Part shown: piece after piece, positions 20,592 through 30,176 of the stretch
Numbering within the stretch: position 1 is the first letter of the stretch
Layout: the number at the start of each line of letters is the position of its first letter
NCBI GenBank assembly: GCA_963745835.1
Contig: CAVUZH010000008.1
Span: forward strand, 1 to 64,000
Length of the DNA stretch: 64,000 nt
Reading direction: 5' to 3'
Source: an uncultured delta proteobacterium
GTDB lineage: Bacteria; Desulfobacterota; Binatia; UBA9968
Notes under the pieces: model-generated
Database searches by the model: none
Told to the model about the DNA's origin: nothing
The model's input: the letters and a program-made list of their open reading frames with translations, nothing else
Translations under genes and position numbers: made by a program

Positions 20592-21626
20592 ATGAAAAAG
20601 TTATGGACTCGTTTTGCCGGCCTGTGGCTCGGCTTGATGATGGTCGCAGCTTGGACAAATGCTGCCGTGGCAGCTCCAGTAGACGATTTGATCGCAGGCG
20701 CCAAGAAGGAGGGCGTCATCGATTTTTATGGTCCTTCAACGTTGGGGCCTGAGGGCGCTCAAGCGATCGTCACTGCTTTCAACAAGAAGCACGGATTGAA
20801 TATTAAAGTGAATTTTACTCCGTCCGGTAACATGACCCGGGATACCGCAAAGATCGTCGGCCTATCGGCCTCGGGACAACCGCCGGAATGGGACATCATG
20901 GTCGTGACCGACGCCCATCACGGCTCCCTTTGGCTGAGAAAATTGCACAAACCCTTTGACTACGCCAGCCTCGGTGTTGCCAAGGAGCGGGTTGAGTATG
21001 ACAACGGCACAGTCTCCGTCGCGAACCAATTTGCGCTGCCGGCTTACAACACCAAATTACTTCCAGCCAAAGATGTTCCAAAGACTTGGGAAGATCTCCT
21101 CGATCCCAAATGGAAAGGCAAAATCGGCGTCATTAACTCGACGCACCATTGGGGGCGTTTGGCAGCAGGCGCTTGGGGCGACGAGAAGACACTGGATTTC
21201 ATCAAAAAACTGTCCGCTCAAAAACCTCTTTTGACCCGCGCGGGTGAGATGGCTCAGCGCTTGATCTTGGGTGAGGTGCTCGTCTCGGCAACTTTGCAGG
21301 ATAGCCAACTGCACGAGTCGAAAGAATCCGGCGCCCCTTTGGCTTTTGCCGAACAGGTTTCGCCGGTTATCTCGCCCGAGTATCACGTCGGCGTACTGAA
21401 GAACGCGGCGCACCCAAATGTCGGCCATCTGTTCGTAACCTTTATGGCCTCTGCCGATGTGCAACCTGTCTGGCAAAAATATACCGGCCATACCTCCGCG
21501 TTTGTTCCGGGAACCAACGCTTACAAGTTCGCGCAGGACAAGAAGGTCCTTTACATGAAACAGGACCAAGCCGAGAAGGTCGACAAAATATCGCGACAAA
21601 TCGGCAAGATTCTTGGGTTTGACTAA
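20592..21626 (+). CDS. ABC transporter SBP (AfuA/FbpA-like)
   Basis: Signal peptide; AGAKKEG; PKTWEDLLDPKWKG. Confidence 0.93.
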   Translation: MKKLWTRFAGLWLGLMMVAAWTNAAVAAPVDDLIAGAKKEGVIDFYGPSTLGPEGAQAIVTAFNKKHGLNIKVNFTPSGNMTRDTAKIVGLSASGQPPEWDIMVVTDAHHGSLWLRKLHKPFDYASLGVAKERVEYDNGTVSVANQFALPAYNTKLLPAKDVPKTWEDLLDPKWKGKIGVINSTHHWGRLAAGAWGDEKTLDFIKKLSAQKPLLTRAGEMAQRLILGEVLVSATLQDSQLHESKESGAPLAFAEQVSPVISPEYHVGVLKNAAHPNVGHLFVTFMASADVQPVWQKYTGHTSAFVPGTNAYKFAQDKKVLYMKQDQAEKVDKISRQIGKILGFD

Positions 21627-21662
21627 CACGCGGCGATTACCCGTCGGCGATAGGGAGACGTC

Positions 21663-23423
21663 ATGAAAGCAGAATCCCGGACTGAAGTGAGCCCCAGCGC
21701 GTGGGAAGGGCTGAGCCGTTTCTTGCCCCAGGGTGTCACGATGTTCGCCACCGGCCTTTCTGGATTCTTGCTTGTTCTCATCGGATTGCCGGTTGCGATG
21801 GTCATTCTTATGAGCCTTCGTACCGGCTTCCCGGGGGAACAAGTGCCGTTCACCTTGGAAAACTTCGCGACGGTTTATCTGACGCCGAGAACCTACGAGA
21901 TTCTGCTCAATACCGTTTTTTTTGCCATCTCGAGTGTGTCGATCACGCTTCTGATCGCCGTCCCATTGGTCTGGATCCTGATGAGGACGGACATCCCTTT
22001 CAAAAAAACCATTTACGTTTTGTTAACTATCGGGATTCTCATTCCGGTTTTTCTGCGCACCATTGCGTGGATCTTGCTGCTTAGTCCGCGCATCGGTTTG
22101 ATCAACAAATGGTTGCAGCAAGCTTTTGGGTTGGTGGATCCGCCTTTCAATTTGTACAGTCTTACCGGCATGGCCTTCGTACAAGGGGTATCTTTTGTGC
22201 CCGGCGCATTTTTCATGCTGGCTGCGGCGTACCGATCCATGGATCCCTCGTTGGAAGAGGCGGCCTATACCTCAGGCGTCGGCAAGCTCAAAACGTTTTT
22301 GAAGATCAATATTCCGATTACCTGGCCGGCCATCGCTGCGGTGATGGTTTATTTGATAATGACCGCGGTCGCCGTTTTCGAGGTGCCGGCAATCATCGGG
22401 CTGCCAGCGCGTATCCACGTTCTGAGCTCGCTCATTTTTACTTCGACAACGCCTTCCACCGGTCTACCAGACTACGGCATGGCAGGCGCGTACGGCGCAA
22501 TCATGCTGGTTCTCGGGCTCACGCTCGCTTTCTTGTACGTACGGCTGGTCAAACAAGGAAAAAAATACACGGTGATCACCGGGAGAGGATATCGCCCCCG
22601 GGAGATTGCGCTCGGCCGATGGAAGTGGGCTGCGCTTGCCTTTGTTTTCTTTTATCTGTCGATTGAGGTTTTTGTCCCCTTCAGTGTTTTGTTGTGGGCG
22701 TCGCTTTTGCCGTATTTACAGCTGCCATCGGCGGAAGCTCTATCGTCATTGACCTTCAAGCATTATATCGAGTTGCCGACTCACGTCGGCCCACGGCCGT
22801 TTATCAATACGCTGATTCTTATGTTTACCGTGCCCACGCTAACGATGTTTTTGAGCGTATTGGTCTCCTGGATTGTCATTAGAACCCGAGTCTCCTTCCG
22901 CGGTTTCTTGGACACCCTGGTTTTTATTCCCCACGCTGTTCCAGGGATACTCATGGCGGTGGGATTGGCTTATCTCGGACTGGCCTATCGCGATTATTTC
23001 CCCCTCTACGGCACTGTCTCGATTATCGTGCTCGCGCATACCATCAACTGGATCGCTTATGGCACGCGCACTACCAACAGCGTCATGATTCAAGTGCACC
23101 GTGAACTTGAAGAAGCGGGCCGGGTTTCCGGGGCGTCCGCGCCGCGGGTTTTGGGAAAGATCATCCTGCCGCTGATTGCCGCCGGAGTGCTCAATAGCTG
23201 GATCTGGATCGGCATGCTCTCTTACCGCGAGGTCACGATGTCGTTGACGCTTCTAACCCGTAGCAACGTCGTGATCTCTACTGTCGTCTGGCAATTTTGG
23301 GGCAGTGGTTGGGTTCCTCAAGTTTCAGCTTTGGGAGTGATTTTGATTTTATTTGCGACCATCGTTGTCGGCACGGTGCGCTTTGCGCTTTCCCGTATCG
23401 GTGAGATCGGCGCGGCATCCTAG
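21663..23423 (+). CDS. ABC permease (FbpB/AfuB-like, two EAA loops)
   Basis: MDPSLEEAAYTSG and ELEEAGRVSGA; multi-TM. Confidence 0.94.
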   Translation: MKAESRTEVSPSAWEGLSRFLPQGVTMFATGLSGFLLVLIGLPVAMVILMSLRTGFPGEQVPFTLENFATVYLTPRTYEILLNTVFFAISSVSITLLIAVPLVWILMRTDIPFKKTIYVLLTIGILIPVFLRTIAWILLLSPRIGLINKWLQQAFGLVDPPFNLYSLTGMAFVQGVSFVPGAFFMLAAAYRSMDPSLEEAAYTSGVGKLKTFLKINIPITWPAIAAVMVYLIMTAVAVFEVPAIIGLPARIHVLSSLIFTSTTPSTGLPDYGMAGAYGAIMLVLGLTLAFLYVRLVKQGKKYTVITGRGYRPREIALGRWKWAALAFVFFYLSIEVFVPFSVLLWASLLPYLQLPSAEALSSLTFKHYIELPTHVGPRPFINTLILMFTVPTLTMFLSVLVSWIVIRTRVSFRGFLDTLVFIPHAVPGILMAVGLAYLGLAYRDYFPLYGTVSIIVLAHTINWIAYGTRTTNSVMIQVHRELEEAGRVSGASAPRVLGKIILPLIAAGVLNSWIWIGMLSYREVTMSLTLLTRSNVVISTVVWQFWGSGWVPQVSALGVILILFATIVVGTVRFALSRIGEIGAAS

Positions 23424-23445
23424 CGATGCGCGCCACGCGCGATCC

Positions 23446-23530
23446 AAAAGATGAATTATGAAGGATGAAATCTGAAAATAAACCCATTCGAACGCCTGGT
23501 TTCATCTTTCCGCTTTCATCTTTCCGTTTT
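23446..23530. repeat. 7-bp-period palindromic intergenic element
   Basis: GATGAATTATGAAGGATGAAATCTGAAA ... TTTCATCTTTCCGCTTTCATCTTTCCG. Confidence 0.65.
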
Positions 23531-23571
23531 GCGTGTATGGGGCTTTTTCATCGGTATGTCCGTGAGGAAAG

Positions 23572-24645
23572 ATGATTAGTATCCGCCAATTGCAAAAATC
23601 CTTTCAGGCTCAACAAGGACAGGTCAATGCCTTAAAGGGCATCGATCTGGAGGTGAGCGAAGGCGAATTTTGTGTTCTGCTGGGCCCGAGCGGCTGCGGT
23701 AAGACAACCACCCTCAGATGCGTCGCCGGGCTGGAGAGGCCTGATGGCGGTGAAATCGAAATCAGCGGTCGCCTTGTCAATTCACCGCGATCGCGAATCT
23801 TTGTTCCCGCCGAGAAGCGCCAGATCGGCATGGTATTTCAATCTTACGCCATTTGGCCGCATATGAACGTATTTCAAAACGTCGCCTTTCCTCTGACCCA
23901 AGGTCAGAAACGGGTCTCGAAATCCTCAGTGGCCGAGAGAGTGCGCGCCGCGCTCAAGCGCGTTCAACTCGATGGCCTGGAAGACCGACCTGCCACGGAC
24001 CTTAGCGGCGGTCAACAGCAACGAGTCGCGATGGCACGCGCTATGGTAACGGATTCCCGGGTGCTGTTGATGGATGAGCCGCTCAGCAATTTGGACGCGC
24101 GACTGCGGGAGCAAATGCGCGTGGAATTGCGCAAGATCACAAAATCCATCGGCGTGACAACTCTCTACGTGACGCATGATCAAGCCGAAGCTTTAAGCCT
24201 GGGCGATAAGGTTTGCGTCATGAATCATGGCGAGATCCTGCAGATCGCCCGGCCGAACGAAGTCTATGCCCGGCCGGTAAATTTGTTCGTCGCACAATTT
24301 GTCGGCGAGATGAACTTTGTCAAAGCGGAAGTAATCGACTCCGGAGAGGTTGGCTGTTCATTGGGTAAACTGCCAATTTCAATTCCTAACGGCGTCTCGA
24401 AGGGCGCTAACATCACTCTGGCGATCCGCCCTGAGCACGTCAAAGTGTTGCCGATGACGAGCGATAGCGCCAAACATGTCCGAGGAAAAATCACCAGCAA
24501 AAACTATCTAGGCGACTCGGCGCTGCTGGAAGTGGAAGTCAACGGCACGACGTTCCTGGCGAAGCTCAATGGCGACACGGAGTTATCCATGGGTGACTCG
24601 GCTGCCGTGGAATTCCCGGAGCACCGCTGGCATGTCTTTCCGTAA
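23572..24645 (+). CDS. ABC ATPase (PotA/FbpC-like, TOBE domain)
   Basis: GPSGCGKT, LSGGQQQR, LLMDEP. Confidence 0.96.
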   Translation: MISIRQLQKSFQAQQGQVNALKGIDLEVSEGEFCVLLGPSGCGKTTTLRCVAGLERPDGGEIEISGRLVNSPRSRIFVPAEKRQIGMVFQSYAIWPHMNVFQNVAFPLTQGQKRVSKSSVAERVRAALKRVQLDGLEDRPATDLSGGQQQRVAMARAMVTDSRVLLMDEPLSNLDARLREQMRVELRKITKSIGVTTLYVTHDQAEALSLGDKVCVMNHGEILQIARPNEVYARPVNLFVAQFVGEMNFVKAEVIDSGEVGCSLGKLPISIPNGVSKGANITLAIRPEHVKVLPMTSDSAKHVRGKITSKNYLGDSALLEVEVNGTTFLAKLNGDTELSMGDSAAVEFPEHRWHVFP

Positions 24646-24650
24646 GTTTC

Positions 24651-24822
24651 GTTCAAAGTTCAACCGTTCCATAGTTCAACGTCCGAAGGCAAGATCTGCT
24701 CAAGCGTTCAAGCAATTCCAAGCGTTCCGTCCCTACTAGTAAGGGGTTAAGCTCTAGGTAATTGATCCGGCTAGTTACGCGAGATCCGACGTTGAACGTT
24801 TGAACGGTGGAACTGTTGCACT
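24651..24822. repeat. 8-bp-period palindromic element (MITE/REP-like) between convergent genes
   Basis: Left arm GTTCAAAGTTCAACCGTTCCATAGTTCAACGTC; right arm GACGTTGAACGTTTGAACGGTGGAACTGTTGCAC; internal TCAAGCGTTCAAGCAATTCCAAGCGTTCC. Confidence 0.75.
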
Positions 24823-24831
24823 GTCCGATCT

Positions 24832-25827
24832 TCATTTCTTATACAGGTTCTTGATAAATCCGGAGTCTTCTAGCTCTTTGACGAAACGTGAATCTACCAG
24901 ATCTTTAGCATTGGCTTGCGCGGCTTTGGGATTTGTCGCGGTCATATCCTGTAAGATCAATTGATATCCTTCCACCGGCGCGTAGGGCGCTTCAGGAATG
25001 AACTTCGCGTGCCAGTCCCAGGCTTCGTTCAAGGTTTTCCGATCTTCCAATCGAGAATATTTGCTCATTATTTTAATGGTGTCTTCCTTACGGGTTTTGA
25101 AGAAATGAATGGCTTCGGTATAGGCGCGCATGTAACGGCGTACCATGTCCGGGTTCTCGCGAATCAGTTTCGTCGAGGTATAGACACCATTTTGCGGAAA
25201 CGGTATCTGTAACGCCGCCATATCGACCACTGTAGGATAGCCCAGCTTCTCGGCGATGGCTTTGCCTGCCTCAGTAACGACCGTGAATTGCACGATGCCC
25301 TTCTGCAGAGCGACCATGCGATCGATAGCGCCGCCGATAACCCGCAGGCTGACGTCTTTGGCCGGTTCCAAGCCGATTCTTTTTAGACCTACTTTGAGTG
25401 CGAACTCAGCGGTGGTTCCTGCTATATGAGTGCCGCCGATCTTTCCTTTCAGATCTTCGGCTTTCTTGATGCTCGGATCTGACACCAGATAGTAAGGCAG
25501 CACGTTGACGTTGCCGGCGATTGCAACAACGTCGCCGCCAGCCAGACGCGCGCTGGCTAGTCCCGGTCCGCCGCCTTCGCCGATGGGAATCTCGCCCGCC
25601 AGGATGGCTTGGATACCGCGGACGCTGCCTGAGATAAAAATCACCGTCGCGTCGAAGCCGTGCTTCTCAAATATCTTGGCGTCCTTCGCAATCCAAATGA
25701 CCGAAGAAGAACCTGGCGTGGTCGAAATATACGATGTATTAATCTTCTGGGCGGCGGCGAAGGGGGGAGTAATGGAAACGATCAGGCTAACCCAGAGCAA
25801 TGCTTTTACTAATGGGATCACGTTCAT
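24832..25827 (-). CDS. NitT/TauT family SBP
   Basis: Signal peptide; IFEKHGFD; DLKGKIGG; VDSRFVKELEDSGFIKNLY. Confidence 0.93.
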   Translation of the reverse strand: MNVIPLVKALLWVSLIVSITPPFAAAQKINTSYISTTPGSSSVIWIAKDAKIFEKHGFDATVIFISGSVRGIQAILAGEIPIGEGGGPGLASARLAGGDVVAIAGNVNVLPYYLVSDPSIKKAEDLKGKIGGTHIAGTTAEFALKVGLKRIGLEPAKDVSLRVIGGAIDRMVALQKGIVQFTVVTEAGKAIAEKLGYPTVVDMAALQIPFPQNGVYTSTKLIRENPDMVRRYMRAYTEAIHFFKTRKEDTIKIMSKYSRLEDRKTLNEAWDWHAKFIPEAPYAPVEGYQLILQDMTATNPKAAQANAKDLVDSRFVKELEDSGFIKNLYKK

Positions 25828-25901
25828 CTGACCTCCAGAAAATCCCGTAAGAACAAGTCAAGCCAGTAAATATCATCTTCAAGGAGCGGTGAAAAGCTGA
25901 A

Positions 25902-25931
25902 TTGACAGGGTTGGGGTTTGCGGTTTACTTT
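25902..25931 (+). promoter_or_regulatory. putative sigma-70 promoter of HAD gene
   Basis: TTGACA-N18-TACTTT. Confidence 0.45.
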
Positions 25932-25952
25932 TGAACTAGAGAAACAACTTCG

Positions 25953-26600
25953 ATGAAGCGACCCATTGATTTGATCATGTTCGATCTGGACGGAACACTG
26001 GCTGATACGGGACCGGATCTTGCCGACTCCGTTAACTATACGCGATCGCGTTTTGAACTGAGCCCATTGCCGCAGCAGTTGATCTACACTCACGTGGGGC
26101 GCGGCGTAGAGTATCTTCTGCGACATGCCGTCGCGGAAGAGGCGCCGTGCCATTTCTCCGAGATTATGCGAGTGTTTCTTGAATACTATCAGCAACACTT
26201 ACTCGACAAGACCGTGCTGTATCCCCACGTCATTGAAGTGCTGGATTATTTCCGCGCCAAACGCAACGCGGTGGTGACTAATAAGTTGCATAACCTGGCG
26301 GTGACAGTGCTGCGCGGGCTAGGTATCCAAGAGCGATTCGACGCAGTCTTGGGCGGTGACAGCGGCGCCGAAAAAAAACCTGATCCGGCCCTGCTGCGCC
26401 TAGTGTTAAGGCAGTTTCAAATCATCCCAGCCAATGCGTTGATGGTCGGCGATGGCGATACCGACATCGAAGCCGGAAGGTGCGCGGGGGTGATCACCTG
26501 CGGCGTGACCTATGGACTGGCGAATAAAGACGATTTGGCTGCCGCCAAACCTGACTTCCTGATCGACGATCTGGCGCAATTGACACGAGATTTCTGTTAG
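25953..26600 (+). CDS. gph: HAD-IA hydrolase, phosphoglycolate phosphatase-like
   Basis: FDLDGTLAD, VVTNK, KKPDP, MVGDGDTD. Confidence 0.85.
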   Translation: MKRPIDLIMFDLDGTLADTGPDLADSVNYTRSRFELSPLPQQLIYTHVGRGVEYLLRHAVAEEAPCHFSEIMRVFLEYYQQHLLDKTVLYPHVIEVLDYFRAKRNAVVTNKLHNLAVTVLRGLGIQERFDAVLGGDSGAEKKPDPALLRLVLRQFQIIPANALMVGDGDTDIEAGRCAGVITCGVTYGLANKDDLAAAKPDFLIDDLAQLTRDFC

Positions 26601-26626
26601 CCAAACAACCTACAAGGAGGCAGATC

Positions 26627-27025
26627 ATGGCAGAGAAAATACCCGAACCCTTCAAGGATTTATTCGCGAAAGTTGCCTACGCGAATCTTGCCACCGTAAT
26701 GCCCGACGGCAGCCCGCAAGTGACGCCTGTTTGGTTCGATCATGACGGCGAGTATCTGCGGATCAATTCAGCCAAAGATAGAATCAAAGACAAAAACATG
26801 CGCCGCAATAAAAGGGTTGCTCTGTCGATTCAAGATCCCGACAATGCCTATCGCTACCTAGCGGTGCGCGGCAACGTTGAGGAAATCACTGAAGAAGGCG
26901 CCGACGCTCATATCGATTCCTTGGCCAAGAAATATTTGGGCAAGGACAAGTACCCGTTTCGCGGGCCCGGCGAAGTCCGGGTCATTTATAAGATCCGCCC
27001 CGAGAAAGTTTCTACCATGGGTTAG
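26627..27025 (+). CDS. PPOX-class F420-dependent oxidoreductase (Rv1155-like)
   Basis: LATVMPDGSPQVTPVW, KDKNMRRNKRVALSI. Confidence 0.88.
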   Translation: MAEKIPEPFKDLFAKVAYANLATVMPDGSPQVTPVWFDHDGEYLRINSAKDRIKDKNMRRNKRVALSIQDPDNAYRYLAVRGNVEEITEEGADAHIDSLAKKYLGKDKYPFRGPGEVRVIYKIRPEKVSTMG

Positions 27026-27061
27026 TTCGGCAGAGGCTTTCGAAGCGCGGGCTCTTGAAGC

Positions 27062-28468
27062 TCAAACCGCAGGCGCGCACGCGATCGCCGGAAACCGATT
27101 TAAAGCAGCCAGCGCGGCTACCTTGTAGCATTCGGCGAGCGTCGGGTAGTTGAACACGGCATCGATGAAGTAATCCAGCTTGCCGCCCAGTGCCATCACC
27201 GCCTGCCCGATATGCACCAACTCTGTTGCGCCCTCACCGATAATGTGCACCCCAAGGAGCTCGCGGGTATCGCTATGAAACAGCAACTTCAGCATGCCGA
27301 CGGTGTCGCCGATCAACTGACCCCGGGCGATCTCATGATAACGCGCAACGCCGATCTCGTAGGGCACTCCATCACGAGTTAGCTCATCTTCATTGCGCCC
27401 TACCATTGAAATCTCCGGAATCGTGTAGATTCCGTAAGGCAGCAGATGCGTCGACGCGTCGCAAGCAAGACCCAAGGCGTGACAAGCGGCATGACGGCCC
27501 TGTTGCATGGAAGTCGAAGCCAACGCGGGAAATCCAATCACATCGCCAACCGCATAGATGTGCGGGATCGCCGTCTGAAAGTTTTCATTCACCCTAAGCC
27601 GTCCCCGCTCATCCGCTTGAATGCCGATACTCTCCAAGTTCAGTCCTTTTGTCGCGCCCACCCGGCCTGACGAATACATCAACAAGGCGGCGCGAATCTG
27701 TTTGCCGCTCTTGAGCTGGATTACCACCGCTCCGTCCGGATGCTTCTCCACGGCGGTGACCTCTTCGTTAAACCGCAGGGTGACGCCGATGCTCCGCATC
27801 TGGTACTGAAGCGCCTCGATCAATTCGCTGTCGACAAATTCAAGTAACCGCGGGCGACGTTCAATCAAGACCACCGGAATCCCCAGGGTGGCGAGAATCG
27901 AAGCGTATTCACAACCAATGACGCCGCCACCAACGATTGTGAGCGACTTCGGCAACTGCTTCAGAGCCAGCAATCCGTCACTGTCGATGATTGTGGTATC
28001 ATCGAACGGAATCCCCGCCGGGCGCGACGGCTCAGTGCCCACAGCAATCATGATATAGTCTGCGCTATGCTCGTTGGTTTCCAGATCTTGTTTGATCGAA
28101 AGTCTATGCGGTTCGATGAAGCTCGCGTTGCCAACGATATAATCGACATGATTGCGAATGAGCTGGTTTTGTACCACCTCCTGCTCCGCTTTGACGACAT
28201 GATCGCACTTAAAAAGCAGGTCTTCGAAGGTTATGTCTTTTTTGACGCGATAACTGGCGCCGTATAAGTTTCTCTGCCTGAAGCCTGAAAGAAACAGCAC
28301 GGCTTCGCGCAGAGACTTACTCGGAATGGTGCCGGAATTAATGCAGAGACCGCCGACGAATTTTTTTCGCTCGACAATGCCGACTTTCTTGCCGACTTTA
28401 GCGCCTTGGATTGCGGCCTTTTGACCTGCGGGTCCCGAGCCGATCACTAGCATGTCATAGTGAGCCAT
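27062..28468 (-). CDS. sthA: soluble pyridine nucleotide transhydrogenase
   Basis: GSGPAGQKAA, GGLCINSGTIPSKSLRE (single Cys), FNYPTLAECYKVAA. Confidence 0.93.
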   Translation of the reverse strand: MAHYDMLVIGSGPAGQKAAIQGAKVGKKVGIVERKKFVGGLCINSGTIPSKSLREAVLFLSGFRQRNLYGASYRVKKDITFEDLLFKCDHVVKAEQEVVQNQLIRNHVDYIVGNASFIEPHRLSIKQDLETNEHSADYIMIAVGTEPSRPAGIPFDDTTIIDSDGLLALKQLPKSLTIVGGGVIGCEYASILATLGIPVVLIERRPRLLEFVDSELIEALQYQMRSIGVTLRFNEEVTAVEKHPDGAVVIQLKSGKQIRAALLMYSSGRVGATKGLNLESIGIQADERGRLRVNENFQTAIPHIYAVGDVIGFPALASTSMQQGRHAACHALGLACDASTHLLPYGIYTIPEISMVGRNEDELTRDGVPYEIGVARYHEIARGQLIGDTVGMLKLLFHSDTRELLGVHIIGEGATELVHIGQAVMALGGKLDYFIDAVFNYPTLAECYKVAALAALNRFPAIACAPAV

Positions 28469-28494
28469 GAGCGCCTCCCGTCCATCGCGCCGCC

Positions 28495-29445
28495 TCAGAG
28501 TGTCTGAGTGAGATTGCTTCCTTTGAGTCTTTCATACGCGAGCGCTCCGATGGCGACGTCCATGATACCTGTTCCTTGCAGCTTATACAGAGTGATTTGC
28601 CGGTCATCCGTCCGGCCAGGAATCCTGTCCAAGAGAAGATCCGCGATTTCATGCACGGAATCCCAGGAAATTATTTTGTCGCGCACAGCGCGGAAAATGT
28701 CGCTTTCATTGACGCAAACGGTTTCTTTCGAAGTAATGAAGATCGGCTTGGCCCGGCGGATCGTCGCTTCGTCGATTTCCTGGCGCGTGCGAGTTTTATC
28801 GCCATTGGACATGGACGTAATGTGCACTCCGGGTTTTAGCAGGCTCCCGTCGAACACCGGAGTTCGGGAATCCGTCGCCGTGATGATAATATCGGCATCC
28901 GCGATTGCTTCTGTAGCGGTTGAGACCGCACGAGCTTCAATCCCAATCTGTCGCCTTATTTTCTCGACGCAGGCGCTGCGGTGAGATTCCGTTGGGCTAT
29001 AAACCGTCGCCAATGTCAAAGATCTGACCGCGTGCGCTGCTTGAAGCTGCATCACGGCATGAGCCTGGCTTCCCAGAACCGCCGCGACCCGCGAGTCTTT
29101 ACGCGCCAGATACTTGGCACCTATCCCGCCCGCCGCTCCGGTACGGGCTTCGTTGATCGCGCAGTTCTGAAACAGGATCAAAGGTTCGCCGGTTTCGACA
29201 CTATACAGGATGACTGTTTCATTGTGCAGGCGTCGATCCAAGTCGGTTTGCAAATAGGCGCCCATAAAACCATGCACCGAGCCCGGCAGTAGTCCGAAAA
29301 TCATCCGATTGGGATGGTGAATACGCCGGCGCGGCAGGTCAAAGCCACGCTCCAAACGAAGTTCTTTGAGCGCATCTTCGACGGCTTCGATCATTTCCTT
29401 CATGCTGAGAATCTGATCCACCGGGGTGTCTTTGATAAAAAGCAC
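28495..29445 (-). CDS. ornithine cyclodeaminase/mu-crystallin family protein
   Basis: EARTGAAGGIGAKYLAR, ITATDSRTPVF, YKLQGTGIMDVA; GTG 29445 has RBS GGAGG. Confidence 0.9.
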   Translation of the reverse strand: MLFIKDTPVDQILSMKEMIEAVEDALKELRLERGFDLPRRRIHHPNRMIFGLLPGSVHGFMGAYLQTDLDRRLHNETVILYSVETGEPLILFQNCAINEARTGAAGGIGAKYLARKDSRVAAVLGSQAHAVMQLQAAHAVRSLTLATVYSPTESHRSACVEKIRRQIGIEARAVSTATEAIADADIIITATDSRTPVFDGSLLKPGVHITSMSNGDKTRTRQEIDEATIRRAKPIFITSKETVCVNESDIFRAVRDKIISWDSVHEIADLLLDRIPGRTDDRQITLYKLQGTGIMDVAIGALAYERLKGSNLTQTL

Positions 29446-29493
29446 GGAACCTCCAAGTTGGTTGAATGAACTCGTTGCCATCAAGAGTGCCGC

Positions 29494-30168
29494 TCACCCG
29501 AGGCTCAGACGCCGTTCGAGGCGCCGGGCGTAGCGCGACATGGCATAGCTAAAGCACCAGTAAACGACGGCGATGAAAAGGTACAGCTCAAACGGTCGGA
29601 TTTCGCGGTTGTTGACGATCTGCGCCGCTTTGGTGAGGTCGATGTAGCCGATGATCGATGCCAGTGAGGTGTCTTTGAGCAGAACGATGAATTGCGTGAC
29701 CAGAGCGGGAATCATATTGCGCAGCGCCTGCGGCAGCACGATATGTCTCATAGTGCGGCCGCGGGAGAGCCCGGTTGCCGCCGCCGCCTCCAGTTGGCCT
29801 TGAGGAACGGATTGGATGCCGGCGCGGATGATTTCGCCTAGATAGGCGGCTTCGAAAATGACGAAAGCGGCAAGCGCGACCCCATACTCAGGCAACGAGA
29901 CTTTTAGGAGATTGGGAATGATAAACCAAAACCAGAAAATCACCATCACCAGCGGCACGCCGCGAAAGAATTCAACGTAAATCGTCGCAAGGAAACGGAT
30001 GAAACGGTTATTGGCGAGTCTTCCCAGCCCTATGGCAATACCCAAGGCGAAGCCAAGGACAATGGCTGGTATCGCCAGGCGAAGCGTGCCTCCGGCAAAC
30101 TCGCCAAAGCCCAAGAAGCCCTGCACGAAAAGAAACCCGAAATTATCGCCGATGACTTGAAAGTCCAT
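29494..30168 (-). CDS. polar amino-acid ABC permease (GltK-like)
   Basis: FFRGVPL, EIIRAGIQSV, LLKDTSL. Confidence 0.94.
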   Translation of the reverse strand: MDFQVIGDNFGFLFVQGFLGFGEFAGGTLRLAIPAIVLGFALGIAIGLGRLANNRFIRFLATIYVEFFRGVPLVMVIFWFWFIIPNLLKVSLPEYGVALAAFVIFEAAYLGEIIRAGIQSVPQGQLEAAAATGLSRGRTMRHIVLPQALRNMIPALVTQFIVLLKDTSLASIIGYIDLTKAAQIVNNREIRPFELYLFIAVVYWCFSYAMSRYARRLERRLSLG

Positions 30169-30176
30169 TGAGAACG

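Noticed and set aside
21057-21842. 261-aa minus ORF (likewise 31845-32507, 42914-43642, 52678-53448, 53334-54230)
   Set aside because: Shadow ORFs overlapping well-supported genes
24651-24822. Possible CRISPR array at the short intergenic repeats (also 23446, 41951)
   Set aside because: Units are 7-9 bp, tandem and inverted, with no spacers; no cas genes
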